From the NCBI GenBank assembly GCA_045862955.1, contig BTVI01000037.1, forward strand, positions 1 to 29,391: a DNA stretch of 29,391 nucleotides, given 5' to 3'. This DNA comes from Fimbriimonadales bacterium (GTDB lineage Bacteria; Armatimonadota; Fimbriimonadia; Fimbriimonadales; JABRVX01). Position 1 is the stretch's first letter, and the number at the start of each line of letters is the position of its first letter. Of this stretch, positions 10,792 to 19,218 are shown piece after piece. The position numbers and the translations under genes are program-made. The notes beneath the pieces are model-generated. The model was not told where the DNA came from. It saw only the letters and a list, made by a program, of their open reading frames with translations, and did not search any database.

Positions 10792-12174
10792 GTGAACAGA
10801 GCCGACGGACGGAGTGACTCGCAGCGGAAATTCCCGAGAGCCGCATGGGTGTGTCACTACACCCTCTACTGCCTGTTTCATATCGTTCTTGCTCCGCTGT
10901 TAGCACTGCGATCCGCCCTGCGAGCCGGCCGGCGCGACTACGCCCGCTCTTGGTGGTTGCGTCTCTCCGGCGGTTCGCGTCCGCCGCACGCGGGGCCATG
11001 GACCGTTTTCCTTGCGCCCCACATAGGCGAGGCCAAGGTGGCAGCGAGGTTAGCGCGCTCGGTGTCCGAGCTGGGCGAAGGCAACATCGTAGTGCTGGCA
11101 ACGGTGGATAGCGCGGTTCATGCCATACAGGACACCTGGACATCCGGCGCTGCCCCCTTCAACAATCCGATCGCGTGTCTGCTCTTTCTGAGGAGGTGGC
11201 ATCCAAGAGCGATCGTAGCCATTGGCTCGTGCGACATCCCGCATCTGACGGCGCTATGTGCGCTGCTCGGGGTTCCGGTGGTAGTGCTCAACACTGCGTT
11301 GACCGAGTCGCAGGCTGCAGGTATCGTGCGACATGGCATGCGGAGGTGGAGATGGCAGACCGCCGCGCTCTACGCCACGCCGACACAGGCGATAGCCGAC
11401 AGGCTCATGCGACTAGGTGTCCCATCACAGAACGTGCTCGTCACGGGGCCGTTAGGGTCCTGGCCCGAGCCTAAAGGGGTAGACGACGCGACGCGCCAGT
11501 TGTGGAAGAAGCGATTGGGCCTGTCACCGCTGGACGGGCCGATAGTCCTTGCGGGCAGCACGCATGCTGAGGACGAGGAGATGATTCTCCCTGCATTCGA
11601 GTTGCTCCGTAGGTGCGTGCCGAACGCAGTGTTAGTGATTGCCCCGCGTCGGCCAGACCGCATCTCGGCGTTGCTGCACCGCCTAGTCGCAGCAGGCGCG
11701 TCCTATAAGCTTCGCTCGCAACCGGACACGCCGCTGCCTGCAGGAAGGGTGATCGTGCTCGATACCTACGGCGAGCTCGAGCACCTGTATGCGATCGCCG
11801 ACGTCGCCCACGTGGGTGGCACGTTCAGTATCGCGCTTGGGGGACACACTCCAGCCGAAGCCCTAGCCTATAGTGTTCCTATCACTGTGGGCCCCCACTA
11901 CGAGCAACAGCACGCCACCATCGAGCCGCTACTATCCGATGGCGTCGCTCGGCGAACCTGCAATGCACGCGAGCTCTCCCACGCTTGGGAGGCCCTGTTG
12001 CAGGACCCTAGCGTTCGAGAGCGGGTAGGTATCTCCTATGCCCGAATCCGTTCGCTGGAGGGCAACGCACTCAGGGAAGTGTGGCAACAAGTGCAGGCGA
12101 TCCTGACTGCCGCTTCGGGGTCAGCAGTGGCCAGCGATGCACTTCCGACTTCCCATCATCACAGCTTGCGGTAG
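10792..12174 (+). CDS. waaA: 3-deoxy-D-manno-octulosonic acid (Kdo) transferase family glycosyltransferase (WaaA/KdtA-like, divergent)
   Basis: AGSTHAEDEE, LVIAPRR, LDTYGELEHLYAIADVAHVGG and GGHTPAE motifs, plus an N-terminal hydrophobic segment. The start (GTG 10792) is uncertain. Confidence 0.75.
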   Translation: MNRADGRSDSQRKFPRAAWVCHYTLYCLFHIVLAPLLALRSALRAGRRDYARSWWLRLSGGSRPPHAGPWTVFLAPHIGEAKVAARLARSVSELGEGNIVVLATVDSAVHAIQDTWTSGAAPFNNPIACLLFLRRWHPRAIVAIGSCDIPHLTALCALLGVPVVVLNTALTESQAAGIVRHGMRRWRWQTAALYATPTQAIADRLMRLGVPSQNVLVTGPLGSWPEPKGVDDATRQLWKKRLGLSPLDGPIVLAGSTHAEDEEMILPAFELLRRCVPNAVLVIAPRRPDRISALLHRLVAAGASYKLRSQPDTPLPAGRVIVLDTYGELEHLYAIADVAHVGGTFSIALGGHTPAEALAYSVPITVGPHYEQQHATIEPLLSDGVARRTCNARELSHAWEALLQDPSVRERVGISYARIRSLEGNALREVWQQVQAILTAASGSAVASDALPTSHHHSLR

Positions 12175-14600
12175 AACCACAAGACCGCGCTTCTCTGCGG
12201 CAAAGTTATCGTGAATCCCTCTGACTGCAGCTTCTGTCCTTCGGTCTCGACGGTCTCGCCCGTGTTACCGTTCTCGAAAACGTATCGCGCCTCCGCGTCG
12301 ACCCCCTTGGGCCGTACCACGAAGCTCTCGTCCGCACTCTTCGGTAGGCGTATCGCTTGGATCGCCCCACGTCCGGTTGTCGGCTCGTCGAATTGGCGCA
12401 CCACCCATTGCGTGGCGTCGCGGTGATAGGGTGTCAGTGCGTAGTAGTCACCGTATACCAACAGGTGCGCGGCCTTACGCCACAAGGCGATCAGCTTGCG
12501 TGACAGCTCGAAGTCGTAGTCGTCCCGTCGGATGTCCAGTGTCACGAACAGCATGGGTGCCATTCCGGTGTGGTAGGCAAACGGGTCTACCGAGGCGTCG
12601 AAGCGCGATCCACCCGTCAGGTCCCATGACAGCGTAAAGTCCTTGAAGTACGGAATCCACTCATAGAGCGTGCGCTGGAACGCCAGCTTGACGGGATGGT
12701 CGCCATATCCGTAGTCACTGTAGTGCAGCGGCACGGAACGCCGCATAGTCTCCAGGTCGTTCCTTCGACCCCCACTCGCACACGAGTCGATCCACAGTCC
12801 CGGATTCCGCTCGAGCAAGTCGTCCCAGTAGCGCAGGTACCCCTGCACGTACAGGTTTTCGTTCATCCCCTGCCTATCTTCCGCCTCGTTTTCTCGCCAG
12901 TGCTGCAGTGGCGGGAAGTTGTGGTCCTGCCGATAGATGCGGATGCCGTTGTCACGGATCAGCTTACACACGTGGTCGGTCAGCCACTGTCTGCAGTCGG
13001 GGTTGCCGAGGTTGAACAACGCGTTGTCGTTATCCTTTGCCCGCAGCAGCCAGTCGGGGTGATCGTGCTCGAACATGGTGCCGGCCTGCACTCGCTCTGG
13101 CTCGAACCATACGAGCAGCTTCGCGCCGCTCTTCTCGGCGGCCTCCGAGACGGACTTCATACCCTTCGGGAACCGGTCGGGGTCCGGGTACCAGTTGCCC
13201 GTTATCCACCATCTCCGCTGACCCTCTTTGTCGAAGCAGGGATACCAGCCTGCGTCGATCCACCACACATCGAAGGGGATTCCGTGTTCGCGGAACTTGG
13301 CCATGTAACGTAACTGGTTTTCTTCGGTCGCAGCGGTGAACTCTTCGCCCTCGTCGGTTGCCGCCACAGCGAGCAGGGGTTGCAGCGGCTGGCCGTTCGA
13401 TCGCGGCAGCAGGTGCGCTAGATACCACCTTCGCCACAGGTTGATAGCGCGAGCTTCGTCTCCCTTCCAAGCAAGCACCGTCATGCGAGGCGTCCGAATG
13501 CTCTCGCCGGGGTCGAGTCGGAGACGCGTTTTCTCCTGTCCGGCCTTACCGTGCACTCCGTCGCTCGCGCCCTCGAGCGTCAGCGACCACTGCGCGGGCC
13601 ACCCAATGGCGCAGGCAAGGCCGCGACCTTCGAACAGAATCCGGAAGTATGGAAACCACCCGTCGCAAGGGCGTCCGCCGTTGGGAGCCAGATGCACCTT
13701 CGTCCCCGGCGACAAGGCCGACTCTTGCGGCTCATAGCCCTGCTCGTTCCAGAAGTCACCCTTGTAGTAGTGCAGGATGGGGGCCGGCCCAGTCAGGGTC
13801 GCATCCAGCGCCAAAACGTCGCTGAGCAGCGGTGTGGGTGCCGTGCCGCGGTTGGTGAACCAGGCGACCCACTCGATGACCGGATAGTCCCTGTAGATGA
13901 GACATTCGACACGCACTTCCAGCCCAGTCCGAGGGTCACCACCGCTGCATACCATCTCCACCAAGTTCGCGTCGATCGACCGGGTTCGGATTACCGGTTG
14001 CCAGTCCTTCGGGATGCCCCTCTGCTGCCTTCCGTCGAACAGATAGGTGATGGGGAGCTTGGAGGGGTCGGTGAAGAACTGCTCGTACAGGGCACGGCTC
14101 TCGGCCATGTCCTCGGGGGTCGGTATCGGGGGTATGAACGCTGACTTCATAGTGCTGGCCTCTTGTGGTCCGAGTGTGGCTGCGCTAGGCTCGATTGCGG
14201 CTGCCTCTCGGCCGGACCGCTCTGGGGTTGGGGCTGGAAGACTGCCGTCGGAGTCCGATTCGCCGCGTTGAGCCATTCCTCCCGTCGCGAGGAGCAGCAT
14301 GCCCACTACCATCGTCGCGATTCCCAGCCACTGCACGGGAGCTACCTTGGAGCGAAACGCCACGGCGATGGCGACCTGGCTCAGAAGGAACGCGCCACCC
14401 GCCGCGACGCCGAGCGCAACGTTGGGGTTGATCACGCGGTAGACAAGCATCAGCAGCCAGATGCTAGACAGGCCGAGGGCATTCCCTCCCCAGAACCCCC
14501 ACATCCAACGCGATTCCGAAAGACTTCCCCACTTGAACAGGATCTGGGCGACAATCTGCATCACCCAGAAAACGAGCAGCAGCACTCCAACTCGGGCCAT
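12159..14600 (-). CDS. In-frame fusion of an SMR/DMT-like 4-TM membrane domain and a GH36 alpha-galactosidase
   Basis: The first ~108 aa form four hydrophobic helices (AQILFKWG..., QWLGIATMVVGMLLL). A P/E/S-rich linker follows, then GH36 motifs WWIDAGWY, WFEPERV, YRQDHN and IDSCASGGRRNDLE. GGAGG RBS before ATG 14600. A second in-frame ATG at 14150 has AAGAGG upstream. Confidence 0.85.
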   Translation of the reverse strand: MARVGVLLLVFWVMQIVAQILFKWGSLSESRWMWGFWGGNALGLSSIWLLMLVYRVINPNVALGVAAGGAFLLSQVAIAVAFRSKVAPVQWLGIATMVVGMLLLATGGMAQRGESDSDGSLPAPTPERSGREAAAIEPSAATLGPQEASTMKSAFIPPIPTPEDMAESRALYEQFFTDPSKLPITYLFDGRQQRGIPKDWQPVIRTRSIDANLVEMVCSGGDPRTGLEVRVECLIYRDYPVIEWVAWFTNRGTAPTPLLSDVLALDATLTGPAPILHYYKGDFWNEQGYEPQESALSPGTKVHLAPNGGRPCDGWFPYFRILFEGRGLACAIGWPAQWSLTLEGASDGVHGKAGQEKTRLRLDPGESIRTPRMTVLAWKGDEARAINLWRRWYLAHLLPRSNGQPLQPLLAVAATDEGEEFTAATEENQLRYMAKFREHGIPFDVWWIDAGWYPCFDKEGQRRWWITGNWYPDPDRFPKGMKSVSEAAEKSGAKLLVWFEPERVQAGTMFEHDHPDWLLRAKDNDNALFNLGNPDCRQWLTDHVCKLIRDNGIRIYRQDHNFPPLQHWRENEAEDRQGMNENLYVQGYLRYWDDLLERNPGLWIDSCASGGRRNDLETMRRSVPLHYSDYGYGDHPVKLAFQRTLYEWIPYFKDFTLSWDLTGGSRFDASVDPFAYHTGMAPMLFVTLDIRRDDYDFELSRKLIALWRKAAHLLVYGDYYALTPYHRDATQWVVRQFDEPTTGRGAIQAIRLPKSADESFVVRPKGVDAEARYVFENGNTGETVETEGQKLQSEGFTITLPQRSAVLWFYRKL

Positions 14601-14828
14601 CCGCGGTGATCCTCCCGGGCGTCCGATCTGCGTCGAATCGAGCGCCCCGCAGGTTTTCGTGCACGCACCTAGCACTCCTGCGGAGGACGGGGGCTGAGAG
14701 TGCCTCGGCAGGTCTGGGATGATGCCCACCGCAGCCCGCCTCCGCACGGACGTCTGGCCCAGGCAACCGCAGCAGACGACAACGCGGCTTCACGGCCGCA
14801 GAGAACACGTGGAGTCGTCTGACTAGGT

Positions 14829-15887
14829 CTAGTCTGCAGCTGTCGAGGTACCCGTTCTGATGCGCTGCGGCCCATTAGGCACCAGGGGGCTCATCAGAAT
14901 AGCTCCGATCGGCCCGTTCGCACCCTGTTGGGCCGCCGCAACGATCTGCCGCCGGTTGTTGATCCCGTTGGCTCCGCCGTATTGCACGTACCACTCTCCT
15001 TGGCTTGGATCAATGAGAGCCCCGAGCCCAAAGAGGCCGTACTCTACGAAGTGCACCGACGAGGTTGACATGTAGTAGTACTGCAACACATCCCCCCAGT
15101 CGTTGATGGCGGTGGCGCCGGTGGTAGTCGCACATCCCCCAGTGAACTCCCATCCAATACCCTGGCGGTACCGAATCGGAAACCTGCTGCATCCGGAGTA
15201 GCCTAGGATGTAGCCGCAGAAGTCGGCCCGGTTGTTGATGGCAGAGGCTACCATCCCCTGCCAGTTTCCCGGCGGCAGGGGAAAACTTACGATGTCACCG
15301 GTGTTCAGGTCTAGAATCCGGGGACCCGTAAGCAGAACCTGCCGATTGTCGTTCACGTCCGAAACAGGCGAGCCATCTCCCAAGCGTACTGCACCCTGCT
15401 GAGTGAAGATCACACCGGTTGACAGGTTCCAGCCCCAAAAGCCTGAACCACCCACGATGTCGCCGACGTTGTTGATTGCGTACGCTGCGCTGTATGGGTC
15501 GCCGGGCAGGCCACCCAAGACCTCTACTTCGTATCCATTCGCAGTAGGATGCCACACTGCGGCGGTTGGCTGCGAGATGACGTACTGGTTCGGGCATACG
15601 GCGCCCACGATGACGCCGGCGTCATTGATGTCGTACGCGCGTGAGGTCTGCATCCCTGGCGGTAACGGAAGGGCAACCAGTGGACCTCCGTTCTTCGACA
15701 CAGCGGCAAGGAGACTGGTGCCGTCCCCGAGTGATATGTTGCCGCAGACGACTCCAAGCTCGTTGATGCCCGTTCCCGTGGTTCCCGGGCCCAAGAACTG
15801 AACCCGGTACTTGGGCACGTCCGCATCCGCGCCCCATATCAGGCACGCACCGCCGATCAGCAGTAGCAATCGGGAAACCGTTGCCAT
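14829..15887 (-). CDS. Secreted protein with HAF-like extracellular beta repeats
   Basis: Signal peptide and repeated (A/G)INxxGxIVG units (GINELGVVCG, DINDAGVIVG, AINNVGDIVG, GINNRRQIVA). Confidence 0.85.
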   Translation of the reverse strand: MATVSRLLLLIGGACLIWGADADVPKYRVQFLGPGTTGTGINELGVVCGNISLGDGTSLLAAVSKNGGPLVALPLPPGMQTSRAYDINDAGVIVGAVCPNQYVISQPTAAVWHPTANGYEVEVLGGLPGDPYSAAYAINNVGDIVGGSGFWGWNLSTGVIFTQQGAVRLGDGSPVSDVNDNRQVLLTGPRILDLNTGDIVSFPLPPGNWQGMVASAINNRADFCGYILGYSGCSRFPIRYRQGIGWEFTGGCATTTGATAINDWGDVLQYYYMSTSSVHFVEYGLFGLGALIDPSQGEWYVQYGGANGINNRRQIVAAAQQGANGPIGAILMSPLVPNGPQRIRTGTSTAAD

Positions 15888-16004
15888 ACTCGTCCCCCCA
15901 AGTCGGTGCTCTTCTGCCATCGGGCTCCCGAGGGCCAGAGGCAACTGCACCCTTAGAACACGTTCGAGTCACCGTCGGCCGTCTCGGGATGTTGGTGCAC
16001 GACC

Positions 16005-16047
16005 ATTATCTCAGAATGGGCTGATCCGATCCGTGACTTTGGTCACA
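16005..16047 (-). promoter_or_regulatory. Class II Crp/Fnr-type activated promoter for the HAF-repeat gene
   Basis: Minus-strand TGTGA-CCAAAG-TCACG (16032-16047) and extended -10 TGaGATAAT (16005-16013). The box centre is 29.5 bp upstream of the -12 position, i.e. at -41.5. Confidence 0.7.
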
Positions 16048-16055
16048 CACCTTGC

Positions 16056-16745
16056 CTAGTTCTCACGGCCCGCCGTTCCTTCGGCAACTTCATGCAGCCG
16101 CTCGACGTCTGTCAGGCGGATGTGATTGCGAGAAAGCGATACGAGACCGCTATGTTCGAAATTCTTCAGCGTGCGACTCACTACCTCGCGTGCCGTGCCG
16201 AGGTCCGCGGCGATCTCTTCGTGCGTGGCGTGCACGAAGAAATCCCCTGGCCCTGCAGTTGCGCGACGCAGCAGGTAGCCCGCCAGCCTCGTAGTCACGG
16301 TCTCCAGCGCGACTTCCTGTACGAGCTGCAGAACTCCTACCAGCGTTTCGAACGCGGCCCCGAACAGAAAGTCGCGAAACGGACGGCAGTCTGCGAGTAG
16401 CAGTTGGACATGGTCGGGCCGCAACAGCACCATTTCGGTAGGCTCCTCAGAAACTGCACTCGCCACAGCTGGCCTACCAGTCAATACGGCAAGCGCATTG
16501 ACGATACAGAACTGACCCGCAGAGACTCGATAGAGCGTGAGTTCCTTGTCCCCGGAGCCGGTGCGATAGACACGCAGGCTCCCACAACCGATCAACGCGA
16601 ACCGGTCCAGCCTATCCGACTCTAGAAAGACGTGCTCCCCCTTTCCGAATGTTGCCCGAGCCGCTCCCTCTCTAATGCCTACCATCGTCCCGTCGGAACA
16701 CTGCCCGAACACGGGGAAGTGCCCAAGGATCTCTCCCACAGTCAT
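16056..16745 (-). CDS. Crp/Fnr family transcriptional regulator
   Basis: cNMP-binding beta-roll (GSLRVYRTGSGDKELTLYRV) and HTH THEEIAADLGTAREVVSRTLKNF. Confidence 0.95.
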   Translation of the reverse strand: MTVGEILGHFPVFGQCSDGTMVGIREGAARATFGKGEHVFLESDRLDRFALIGCGSLRVYRTGSGDKELTLYRVSAGQFCIVNALAVLTGRPAVASAVSEEPTEMVLLRPDHVQLLLADCRPFRDFLFGAAFETLVGVLQLVQEVALETVTTRLAGYLLRRATAGPGDFFVHATHEEIAADLGTAREVVSRTLKNFEHSGLVSLSRNHIRLTDVERLHEVAEGTAGREN

Positions 16746-16830
16746 AGGCAGGCTATTACGTCGCCGCGGCCTGGCTCCCTGCCTGTCGTTCAGAACCAAC
16801 CGCGAGCAGATGGGCTCGGAGCGGTGCGGC

Positions 16831-17286
16831 CTAGCGTCGCTGATCGGCCCTCCTAACGAGGCCTCTCAAAAGGTTCATCTGGCCGAGGTGGTACGAAACG
16901 TGGACGAGGATGCGGATCAGCGTCTCGATGGCTTCCTGATCCGAAACCATCTCGTGGTCGAACGGCTCACTCGCCGCGATGCGCCGAGCCTCCTGCAACC
17001 CCTCGAGCAGTCGTTTCTTCAGCGCGTGCCACTCGCTCGGGTCCGGCACGCGAAAGTCGTTGTTCCACTCCGACGGGCCCGCCTTCCGTCGCCCACCTGC
17101 GAGTTTCTGCAACCAGAAGTCCTGCCACAGAACGGCGTGCGCGAGGTTCGTCAGAATCGAATAAGGCGCACCCGCTGGCACTGCCGCCCGCTTGTCCTCG
17201 CGCACTCGCAACACGCCTGCCGGGGTCGGGATGTCCCAGCCCTGCAGGATCTGGTCGAACTGCATCACTAAGGGCGTACGGTTCAT
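16831..17286 (-). CDS. DinB/YfiT-like family protein
   Basis: YSILTNLAHAVLWQDFW and HVSYHLGQM metal-binding histidine motifs. Confidence 0.9.
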   Translation of the reverse strand: MNRTPLVMQFDQILQGWDIPTPAGVLRVREDKRAAVPAGAPYSILTNLAHAVLWQDFWLQKLAGGRRKAGPSEWNNDFRVPDPSEWHALKKRLLEGLQEARRIAASEPFDHEMVSDQEAIETLIRILVHVSYHLGQMNLLRGLVRRADQRR

Positions 17287-17371
17287 GCCTGCAGCATAGC
17301 AGACCGAACTTCGCCTCTGCGCCGACGTGGCACCAGGCGTCGGTTCGTCTCGAGGTCCGCGAACGAAGAGG

Positions 17372-19141
17372 TCAAGCTCTTCCGACAGCAACCGCCCTGC
17401 TCGCGCGCTCTGCAAGCTGGTGGAGGAGCACTCGTTCGCGTTCGAGTGCGGCAAGCTCCGCCTCGAGAGCAGAGGACCTCGCCTGCCTCTGGCGGGCAAG
17501 TTGCTCCACTGCCTCCGTGATCGCCTGTTCAGTCTCGGCTGCGCGCTCGACTAGCTCCTGCGCGCACTTCTTCACCGTGGGTTCGATGCGTCGCACGAAG
17601 TCGTAGCGGATCCGGCCGCAGCTCATCTCGAACATCTCCCACAGCTTCGCTGTCACCGTGCGTTCGATCCACCTGCGCACAAACCGGGCCGGCAAGAAGC
17701 GCGCAATGATCCAAGCCTCCGGGCTAAGATGGACTTCCGCCTGCCAGCGAGCAAGCGAGAAGCGACTTCTGTCCGTCAGGCCTCCTCGGATGGCGAAGGA
17801 CTTCAACTGCACGCCGAAGGCGTCGGATGCCGCTTCATGAATCCCTTGGAGCGATGAGTCCATCTGCTGTGAGAACTCCTCGAGGACGCCTTCGAGACGG
17901 GCGTTGATCCGAACCTCCTCCTCCTGCCGCCAGGCGCCGAGGATGTTGTCTACGGTGTCGGCGATGCTTCTGCTTGCCTGCTGGAACGCTGCAGCCGCCG
18001 TAACTCTTGGTCCTACGTTGTCGAGGAAGGCCTTGAGCCTCACCAAGGCGTTGGGAAACTCCGCCCGCTTCAGTACCTCCAAGTCTTGCTCCACGGAAGC
18101 AACCAGGTCCTGACGGCTCTTCTCGCACAGCAGGAACAGGTTGCGCTCGCGCTCGGCGCGGAGCTTCTCGAGACGTGTAGTGAAAATGGTGAGACGGCTC
18201 TGAATCTCTTCGAAGGGCGTGGTCAGCACAGCCTGCTGGAGTGACAGCCTGGTACTCAGCACTTCCTCTGCTGCAGTAACCGTTCGCCGCGCAGACTGCA
18301 ATGCGACGGCGGCGCGCTCCGTCTGCAGGAAATCTGTTACCATGGCAACCAGGTTGCCAAAGCCACTCGCTTCGACCAGGTCGCCCCTGTACTTAGTAGT
18401 ACCCTCTAGGGCAAGCTTCGAAGATACTGCTATCACGGGCAGTGTTAGGTCGAGGCGCTCACGGATCGCCTCTCGGGTAAAGTCCAGCGCCTGCTCCAAC
18501 TCCGCCGGCGCCAACCTGTCCGCCTTGTTAACTACCACGAAAACACGTGGTACCTGTTCGCACACGGTCTGGAGGAACGTTGCTTCGGCGTCGCTCATGG
18601 GAGGATCCGACGACAGTACGAAGAGAGCTGCGTCGGCACTCGATAGAAACCCCCGCGCTGTCGCGGTGTTGTGAAGAAAGATGGAACCGGTGCCCGGAGT
18701 GTCAATGAGCTGCAGTCCGTCCGCCAGAATGGGAGCCGGCACCGAGACGACGGCGTGGTCTACCCCCTTCTCGTTGTCTGGATTGCCCAACTCCGTGATG
18801 TACTGCGGCAGATCTTCGACTGCAATCTCCGTGCCGGTCCGGTCCAGTTTCACTATACGAGCCGACAGCTCCCTTCCATAGCGCACGATGGTGATCGCAG
18901 ATGTCAGGGGTGTCAAGGCTGTCGGCAGCACTTCATGACCGATGAGGGCGTTGACCAGAGTACTCTTCCCACGCTTGAACTCGCCGAAGACCACCAAGTT
19001 GAAACGGTGTTCGGCGAGGCGAGCGCTCGTTCCGCGAAGGACCTCCGCTAAATGGCGCTCGGTGTGCCGATCTGCCAGGGATGCGAGCTGGTCGAGTACT
19101 TCCCGAAGCTCTCCCGCTGCAGTTGCGTGAGCCCCCATCAT
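17372..19141 (-). CDS. Bacterial dynamin-like GTPase (dynamin family protein)
   Basis: G1 GEFKRGKS, G2 LPTALTPLT, G3 LIDTPG and G4 VNKAD, followed by a long helical stalk. Confidence 0.93.
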   Translation of the reverse strand: MMGAHATAAGELREVLDQLASLADRHTERHLAEVLRGTSARLAEHRFNLVVFGEFKRGKSTLVNALIGHEVLPTALTPLTSAITIVRYGRELSARIVKLDRTGTEIAVEDLPQYITELGNPDNEKGVDHAVVSVPAPILADGLQLIDTPGTGSIFLHNTATARGFLSSADAALFVLSSDPPMSDAEATFLQTVCEQVPRVFVVVNKADRLAPAELEQALDFTREAIRERLDLTLPVIAVSSKLALEGTTKYRGDLVEASGFGNLVAMVTDFLQTERAAVALQSARRTVTAAEEVLSTRLSLQQAVLTTPFEEIQSRLTIFTTRLEKLRAERERNLFLLCEKSRQDLVASVEQDLEVLKRAEFPNALVRLKAFLDNVGPRVTAAAAFQQASRSIADTVDNILGAWRQEEEVRINARLEGVLEEFSQQMDSSLQGIHEAASDAFGVQLKSFAIRGGLTDRSRFSLARWQAEVHLSPEAWIIARFLPARFVRRWIERTVTAKLWEMFEMSCGRIRYDFVRRIEPTVKKCAQELVERAAETEQAITEAVEQLARQRQARSSALEAELAALERERVLLHQLAERASRAVAVGRA

Positions 19142-19206
19142 GGCGGACCGCCCCCTTCGGCGAATGCCAGGTGCCCATTCGGGGGCATCGAGATGTACAC
19201 AAACAT
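19138..19206 (-). CDS. Putative 22-aa leader peptide (MFVYISMPPNGHLAFAEGGGPP) coupled to the dynamin gene
   Basis: AGGAG SD 9 nt upstream of ATG 19206. Its TGA overlaps the dynamin ATG (ATGA). It is too short for the ORF track. Confidence 0.5.
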   Translation of the reverse strand: MFVYISMPPNGHLAFAEGGGPP

Positions 19207-19218
19207 TAGCTACGGCTC

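Noticed and set aside
14270..14600. The 4-TM domain as the missing Fluc/CrcB fluoride channel
   Set aside because: It lacks the Fluc GAxxRY and GxxGxxTTFS motifs and is not under either riboswitch.
14601..14720. Guanidine (ykkC-type) riboswitch upstream of the SMR-like domain
   Set aside because: CTAGG and GCCCGGGAGG are present, but the GGGAxAAAAGCCC stem-loop and paired ACGR hairpins are absent. GGAGG is explained as the RBS.
16831..17286. DinB and downstream genes as part of the fluoride-dynamin operon
   Set aside because: There is an 85-nt gap containing its own extended -10 in leaderless position. Co-transcription is unsupported, though not excluded.
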